A DNA stretch of 64,000 nucleotides from a virus. Below, one piece after another: positions 59,023-64,000 of the stretch. Every line of letters starts with the position of its first letter. Within the stretch, counting starts at the first letter, position 1. The stretch lies in the IMG/VR virus record IMGVR_UViG_3300025949_000027, positions 3,954-67,953 of that record. The stretch is one strand, 5' to 3'. The notes beneath the pieces are model-generated. The model saw only the letters and a program-made list of their open reading frames with translations, had not been told where the DNA came from and searched no databases. Both the position numbers and the translations under genes were made by a program.

Positions 59023-59126
59023 CTTCCGGAGGCAGAGGTGGCGATGTTTTTACGAACGCTGGGATCAAGTTTCCGCTTCGATAACTTGAACGCGGCCCAC
59101 GAACGGCGCGGGGTTGGGGGTGCGTT

Positions 59127-59915
59127 TTGAGCGCCGCCGACGCGAAGACGGCGCCCGAGAAGTCGCCTGATCCGACCACCCAGGCCGAGCCCACCCGGTT
59201 CCGCGTTGTCGGACGAAGCGGGCCGAGTGTCGCTCGGGTACCTGGCCTGTGGATCCGCCGCGCGCGTGACATGCGCACCGGAGGATCCGTAGACGGCGCC
59301 CCTCGGCAAATTACAGGACCGTTCCTTGGCTGTGGCAGCGAATGGGATGCCGGCGAGTACGACATCCTGGAGCCTGCCCTGGTCCAGGCCGAGCCGAGCG
59401 GGGATGCGAGGCGCTCGATTCGCTTCGCCGTTCACGCGGCCATGCGAATCGGATACGACGCCGGTGAGTCTGCGGCGTGCAACCTTGGTGGCGGCGGAGG
59501 TGGCGGCGGTAGCAAGCACACGAAGACGTGCGACGCGCTTGTCGATGCCTTCGAGGCATACGCCGCCACCCGGGCGCGGGACAGTTCGGAAGCTGCTGAC
59601 AGATTCGACGAGCTGTGCGGCGTTCAGGCACATCAGCGCCGAGCACAAGAGGAAGAAGCCACCCGGGCGCCCGTGCCACCTGCCCCCTCTCAGGATGCGT
59701 TCGGACTCAGGTCGTGTCCGTTCTGCGGCGGGACAGACGTTCGAACGCATACCGTGACAGAGCCGATTCGTCGCGTGGCCTTCAAGTGCCACGGCTGCAA
59801 GGCGATTGGCCCGCGTACTCACCTCGCCGGGGTCGAGGCGCAGCGGCTTTGGAACACGCGCGAAGCCCTGGCGGCGCTCCCCGCCGTGACGGGGGATGCG
59901 AGAGGTGCGGCGTGA
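59127..59915 (+). CDS. Mosaic protein with C-terminal Lar-like zinc ribbon
   Basis: LRSCPFCGG..CHGCKAIGP..AQRLWNTR. Confidence 0.7.
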   Translation: MSAADAKTAPEKSPDPTTQAEPTRFRVVGRSGPSVARVPGLWIRRARDMRTGGSVDGAPRQITGPFLGCGSEWDAGEYDILEPALVQAEPSGDARRSIRFAVHAAMRIGYDAGESAACNLGGGGGGGGSKHTKTCDALVDAFEAYAATRARDSSEAADRFDELCGVQAHQRRAQEEEATRAPVPPAPSQDAFGLRSCPFCGGTDVRTHTVTEPIRRVAFKCHGCKAIGPRTHLAGVEAQRLWNTREALAALPAVTGDARGAA

Positions 59916-60190
59916 GCGCCCCGCGGGTGTCGTCCGAGAACGTTCGGGCCGTCATCGGCTACCTAGAGGAGAAGGCTTCTAGGATCGAGCGTCGCGCAGC
60001 AGCTCGCCGGAAGTTTGTCTATGACGAAATTGACCGGTCGATCGCAGATGGCGACGAGCGCGCATATGACGCCGCGGTCGTTCGCTGGCTGGCTGCGGTC
60101 TGTGAGGTGGGCGGAATCGAGATGGCTGCCCGGCACATGCGCGATGGGGTCGAGAAGCTGAAGTTGGACCTGGCCAGGAGCACCCCATGA
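59912..60190 (+). CDS. Hypothetical protein
   Basis: GTGA/ATGA overlaps. Confidence 0.55.
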   Translation: MSAPRVSSENVRAVIGYLEEKASRIERRAAARRKFVYDEIDRSIADGDERAYDAAVVRWLAAVCEVGGIEMAARHMRDGVEKLKLDLARSTP

Positions 60191-60636
60191 CCGATCTGGA
60201 ATGGGCTCGCCAAGCCCCAAGGCTCCGCAAGGACATCAACGCCCTCGGGCTCCGTGGCGCGGTCGAGCAGTTGATCGGCCGCCTCTTCCCCGATCAAGTC
60301 CGCGTCGTCCCGATGGCAAAGACGGCGTGGGCGATGGTGGACGCCGTGGCCGAGGCTCACAACCTCAACCCGAAGTACGTCCGATCGAAGATGCGATACC
60401 AGACGGTCGTCGCTGCCCGTCACGAAGCCTGGTTCCGTCTCCACGCCTCGGGGTTCAGTGGGCCGGAGATCGCGGCCATGTTCGAGGTGGACGCATCGAC
60501 CGTATGTGACGCGAGGCAATCGTTCCGGAGGAAGTTCCCGGAGCTGGCGGAGGCGATCTTGGCGGCGTCGGCAGCGGTGGTCGAGGTGCCGGGCGAGTCG
60601 GCGGACGAGGCGAACGAGGAAAGGAGCGCGGCGTGA
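60187..60636 (+). CDS. DnaA C-terminal-like HTH DNA-binding protein
   Basis: VAEAHNL....VRSK.R...VVAARHEAWFRL..GFSGPEIAAMFEVDASTV. Confidence 0.75.
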   Translation: MTDLEWARQAPRLRKDINALGLRGAVEQLIGRLFPDQVRVVPMAKTAWAMVDAVAEAHNLNPKYVRSKMRYQTVVAARHEAWFRLHASGFSGPEIAAMFEVDASTVCDARQSFRRKFPELAEAILAASAAVVEVPGESADEANEERSAA

Positions 60637-60887
60637 CGAGAGCCGAGGCGCACGAGAAGGTCGACCGCGCGAAAGCGCAGGTCTTGCGCTGCGAAAGCGA
60701 CCTCGACGATGCGGAACGGATGCTGTCCGATGCGAAACGTCAGCTTGCGCGATTCGATGGCACTCCATCGCCGCTTACTGAACAGGGTTTGCAGCACGTC
60801 CGAGACTGGCTGGACCGGCAAGTGGTACTCGGTATGCCACGCGACCAGCAGGCTGTCGTGCAGCGGCTGATCGAGGACATGCGATGA
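60633..60887 (+). CDS. Small coiled-coil protein
   Basis: Coupled ORF. Confidence 0.55.
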   Translation: MTRAEAHEKVDRAKAQVLRCESDLDDAERMLSDAKRQLARFDGTPSPLTEQGLQHVRDWLDRQVVLGMPRDQQAVVQRLIEDMR

Positions 60888-61035
60888 CCCGCTTCGAACC
60901 AGTGGTCCTCTACCCGCCCCCTCTTGAGCTAAAGGCCCGCTCCCGTCAGCGGAGGGCGAACGTGGCCTGGTGGGCGTTGGCCTGGGTCTGCTTCGCGGTG
61001 GCGGCTGGGATCGCCGTCTCGATGGCGGTGGGGCT

Positions 61036-61392
61036 GTGAAGGTCGTTTACGTTGCTCACGAACTGTCGAGCGACCGAGAGGCGAATCGGGTCAAGGCATC
61101 CGAGTGGGTCGGCTGGCTGGCACAGCACTGCGACATCGCACCCGTCGCTGACTGGATCATCCTTACCGGCCAGTGGCCCGAGACGATGCGGGAGCGCGGC
61201 CTGGCCATTGACTTGCGGCTTATCGAGGAGTGCGACGAGCTGTGGATGGTGGGCGAGCACGTGTCTGAGGGGATGGCCATTGAGGCCCGCCACGCGACGA
61301 GGATCGGGATTCGCGTGCGTGACTTCACCCGCATGGACCGTGCCGACATCCTGGCGTGCGTCGGAGTGCCGCCCGCGGGGGGCGCCAAGTGA
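61036..61392 (+). CDS. DUF4406/nucleoside deoxyribosyltransferase-like fold protein
   Basis: KVVYVAH..CDELWMVGEHVSEGMAIE..A..IGIRV. Confidence 0.7.
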   Translation: MKVVYVAHELSSDREANRVKASEWVGWLAQHCDIAPVADWIILTGQWPETMRERGLAIDLRLIEECDELWMVGEHVSEGMAIEARHATRIGIRVRDFTRMDRADILACVGVPPAGGAK

Positions 61393-61585
61393 ACGACGTC
61401 GGTGCATTTCCGGTCGGCCCGCTCGCCGATGACCTGACGATCGAGCGCGAGCTGCTGGAGGCCCCGAGCGACGAGGTTACGCAGCTGGGCGGGTACAACG
61501 GCCCGTGCATCGACCAGCCGGCGCGGCGGCCGAGCCTCGGGGAACTGCTGGACGCCTGGCAGGACGCGGAATGGGGCGGTGAAGC

Positions 61586-62035
61586 GTGAGCGGCATCCAC
61601 GACGCAGCCGCGACCGCCATGGAAGATCTGACGTGCGCCTCGAAGGTGCCGATCGGAACCGAGCGCGGCGCCGCGTTCTCGGACGCCGTCACGGCGCTGA
61701 ACAGGGCGCTGGAGCTTCTCCGTCGCGATCACGGGGCTCCGCCACGGGCGCTTGCGTCCTTCGTCAGGGCCTGGGCCGTTGCCATGGACCCCGAGCGTGC
61801 CCCCCTGGCGCCATCGGCGAACATCACCGGCGAATCTCTGGAGCAGCGCGCCCGCGAGCTGTCAGCGCAAATCAAAGAGCTTCCGACCCCCGAGGTGTTC
61901 CGCCTGGTCGCGGACTTCATCGACACGCAGCAGTGGGCGTTCGCTCGTCAGACAGCGCCCTACGCCGTTACGCGGCTCAACAGGGAGGCGCCGGCGCAAG
62001 GAACTGAGAAGCCACGCCTGGAGCTTGTCCAGTGA
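61586..62035 (+). CDS. Hypothetical protein
   Basis: GTGA overlaps. Confidence 0.55.
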   Translation: MSGIHDAAATAMEDLTCASKVPIGTERGAAFSDAVTALNRALELLRRDHGAPPRALASFVRAWAVAMDPERAPLAPSANITGESLEQRARELSAQIKELPTPEVFRLVADFIDTQQWAFARQTAPYAVTRLNREAPAQGTEKPRLELVQ

Positions 62036-62192
62036 CTGTTCATGGCCTGATCCTGTGCTTTGTGGCCGGCGGCGTGATCGCCGTGCGCGACTGGGTGCTG
62101 GGGACGCCGAAGCCGCGGGGATGGCGACTTCGTTTGGCTGACACGGCGCTGACGATGCTGATCGTTGCTCTTGCCGTCATCGCGGGGGCGTT

Positions 62193-62603
62193 GTGACGAC
62201 GGTCGGTTTCAAGTTCGCGAAGCCGACGCCTCGGAAGTCCCCGCTGAAGGACGGGCAGCACCGGCGTAGCTACATCCGCGCCCGTCGGCCCCGCCGACTG
62301 GACACCGCCCAGAGCAATCCGGCCTTCCTCCAGTGGCTCCACGGCGAGCCCTGCTGCGCGGCTGATCTCGGCCCGTGCATGGGGCCGATCGAAGCCCACC
62401 ACGCCGGCCCGAAGCCGGGGATCGCTCTGAAGGCGCCCGACGCCACGGCGGTGCCCATCTGCCGAGGCCATCACAAGGCGGTCACGGAGCGCCGCGGGTC
62501 GTTCGCCGGGAAGACGCGCGAGGAGATGCGGGAGCTGCAGGACGACTGGATCGCCGCCGCGTGGGGACGCTGGCTGAGCCATGGATCACGGAGGACGGGA
62601 TGA
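62193..62603 (+). CDS. DUF968-like HNH-related zinc protein
   Basis: FLQWLHGEPCC..IEAHH..KAPD..AVPICRGHH. Confidence 0.75.
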   Translation: MTTVGFKFAKPTPRKSPLKDGQHRRSYIRARRPRRLDTAQSNPAFLQWLHGEPCCAADLGPCMGPIEAHHAGPKPGIALKAPDATAVPICRGHHKAVTERRGSFAGKTREEMRELQDDWIAAAWGRWLSHGSRRTG

Positions 62604-62821
62604 GCGTCGTCGAGATGGGAGAGAACGTGTCGATCGTTTCGATCGTCGTCGCGCTGGTGGTCGGCGTCGTTCTTCTGGTGGTCGTCGGAAGGAGTTGTTA
62701 CATCGCCGACACCAAGAGAGACACCGAGAAGAGCGCCGCGAAGGCAAAGGCCGCCGAGGCGTGCGCGGCTTCGTCGAAGTCGGCCGCCGAGTGCGAGGCC
62801 ATCTTGCGGAGCTTGCCATGA
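62600..62821 (+). CDS. Small single-TM protein
   Basis: Val-rich TM followed by a Cys pair. Confidence 0.55.
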   Translation: MSVVEMGENVSIVSIVVALVVGVVLLVVVGRSCYIADTKRDTEKSAAKAKAAEACAASSKSAAECEAILRSLP

Positions 62822-63084
62822 AGCCGGCATTGCTGTTCGCGCTCACGCTCGTCGTGGTCGTGTTCATCGCCGTCCATGGTTGCTCCGACGGCCCGCGCAC
62901 GGAGCGTGTTCTGAGAGCCGCTGGCTACACGGACATCCACACGGGCGGCTACGAGTTCTCGTGCAGCGATAGCGATTCGCTCTGCACTGGGTTCCGGGCC
63001 AGCGGTCCTGCAGGCAATCCGGTCAAGGGTGCCGTCGGCTGCGGGTACGTCTTCAAGGGCTGCACCATCAGGATCGACGAATGA
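62818..63084 (+). CDS. Small exported Cys-containing phage protein
   Basis: Signal/lipobox-like VHGC; VLRAAGYTDI..CSDSD..CG..KGCTIR. Confidence 0.65.
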   Translation: MKPALLFALTLVVVVFIAVHGCSDGPRTERVLRAAGYTDIHTGGYEFSCSDSDSLCTGFRASGPAGNPVKGAVGCGYVFKGCTIRIDE

Positions 63085-63989
63085 GCCGCGCGAACACTTA
63101 CGACCCGAGGGGCGACGGAGATACGGTCATCAACGTCACCGTGCGACTGCGGAATCGGATTCACGAAGGATCGACCGCGGGGGCCGGTGGACAAGGAGCG
63201 CCTGTCGATGGTGACTCTGCGGTGCCGGTCCCCGCGCCTGGGGTCGATCCCTGGAAGGTCATCGGCCGAAGCGGTCCCGACGTCCCGAACGACGAGAACA
63301 CCTACTCGCGCTATCGCCCGGGCGAAGGGATCGTGGTCCGCGGGCCGCGCGGGAACCGTGAGGCTTGGAACCGAGGCGACTTCGACATCGTCGAGCGCGT
63401 CGAGGCGGAAAGCGCTCCTCTGCGAGCCGCCGCCGCAACAGATAAGGGCGGTTCAACTCCGCCTCGCTCATCGAGGTCTGGTGACACCGCAAAGTCGGGT
63501 TCGACTCCCGAGAACGCCCCCGGCGGGGAGAAGGATGCCGCTGGCCCGGCGGAGAGAGGCGCCGAGCAATCGGACGCCGGGGGCGCAATTTCCCATGGCA
63601 CGACCGACGGTGGACCGGGGGACGTTGCTGCCCCCGTCCGTAGCACGTCGGCTGAGGGAAAGGTCCCCGGGAACGGCATCGCGCAGTCGGCGGCGCCATC
63701 GGCCTCCGGGGCCACCGACCAGGAACCCGCCGGGCGACGCGACCTTGCAGCGTCTCAAGGTACCGAGACGACCGCGAAAGCGGAGACGGTCGTCCGGCGG
63801 GCTGGCGGTCTGCTTCCGTGCCCTTTCTGCGGCGGGACGGTTCGCGTCTCATGCGTCGACTTCGGGGAAGATGGCGCCCAGTTCGAGTGCGACCCCTGCG
63901 GCGCAATGGGCCCCTGGGCCGGCGACGGAGAGGAAGAGGCACGTCGGCTGTGGAACCTGCGCGCGCGCACCGCCGGAGGCACCCCATGA
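63081..63989 (+). CDS. Mosaic protein with C-terminal Lar-like zinc ribbon and a structured-RNA-like middle
   Basis: GRSGP..WNRGDFDI module shared with 59127; LLPCPFCGG..CDPCGAMGP..ARRLWNLR. Confidence 0.6.
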   Translation: MSRANTYDPRGDGDTVINVTVRLRNRIHEGSTAGAGGQGAPVDGDSAVPVPAPGVDPWKVIGRSGPDVPNDENTYSRYRPGEGIVVRGPRGNREAWNRGDFDIVERVEAESAPLRAAAATDKGGSTPPRSSRSGDTAKSGSTPENAPGGEKDAAGPAERGAEQSDAGGAISHGTTDGGPGDVAAPVRSTSAEGKVPGNGIAQSAAPSASGATDQEPAGRRDLAASQGTETTAKAETVVRRAGGLLPCPFCGGTVRVSCVDFGEDGAQFECDPCGAMGPWAGDGEEEARRLWNLRARTAGGTP

Positions 63990-64000
63990 CGACGTCGTGG

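Noticed and set aside
63447-63511. Bona fide tRNA genes
   Set aside because: T-arms are present but I could not build acceptor, D and anticodon arms around them; reported only as T-loop hairpins
1-64000. CRISPR array
   Set aside because: No run of equal-length direct repeats with unique spacers was seen; the Cas4-like nuclease at 53149 is paired with RecT and has no cas neighbours
1-64000. Genome-wide stop-codon reassignment
   Set aside because: TGA, TAG and TAA all terminate well-defined genes, and many TGA stops are used in overlaps; only the 25757 TGA looks leaky

Overview
The whole window is GC-rich tailed-phage DNA; no host genes or prophage junction are visible. It has three parts. 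(1) A + strand virion region (about 3.3-26.6 kb) with podovirus-like organisation: major capsid, adaptor, fibre/adhesin genes, a nozzle-type protein, ejection proteins and a GH26 hydrolase. No tape measure, sheath, terminase or portal was recognised. (2) A lysis/regulatory/accessory block (26.9-37.8 kb): holin candidates, a CHAP endolysin, two sigma-related proteins, an HNH nuclease, a RelE-XRE toxin-antitoxin pair and an O-acyltransferase. (3) A - strand operon (37.8-45.6 kb) with a PRS-like/NAMPT-like pair (NARP1-type NAD+ reconstitution), RusA, a HAD phosphatase, Thg1 and a Pol-beta nucleotidyltransferase. It diverges from a long + strand early region carrying RecE/RecT-like genes, a tyrosine integrase and many small mosaic ORFs. 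A sigma-region-4 family I recall from Myxococcota hints at the host (inference). The most striking unexplained signals are: a promoter plus ~75-nt leader element conserved three times in front of the capsid, ejection and lysis operons; three consecutive fibre/adhesin genes with Sec-type signal peptides; a probable UGA read-through fusing a glycine-rich fibre to GH26; a two-state RNA downstream of the integrase; and T-loop hairpins embedded in a coding frame. All calls come from reading motifs by eye; no searches were run.
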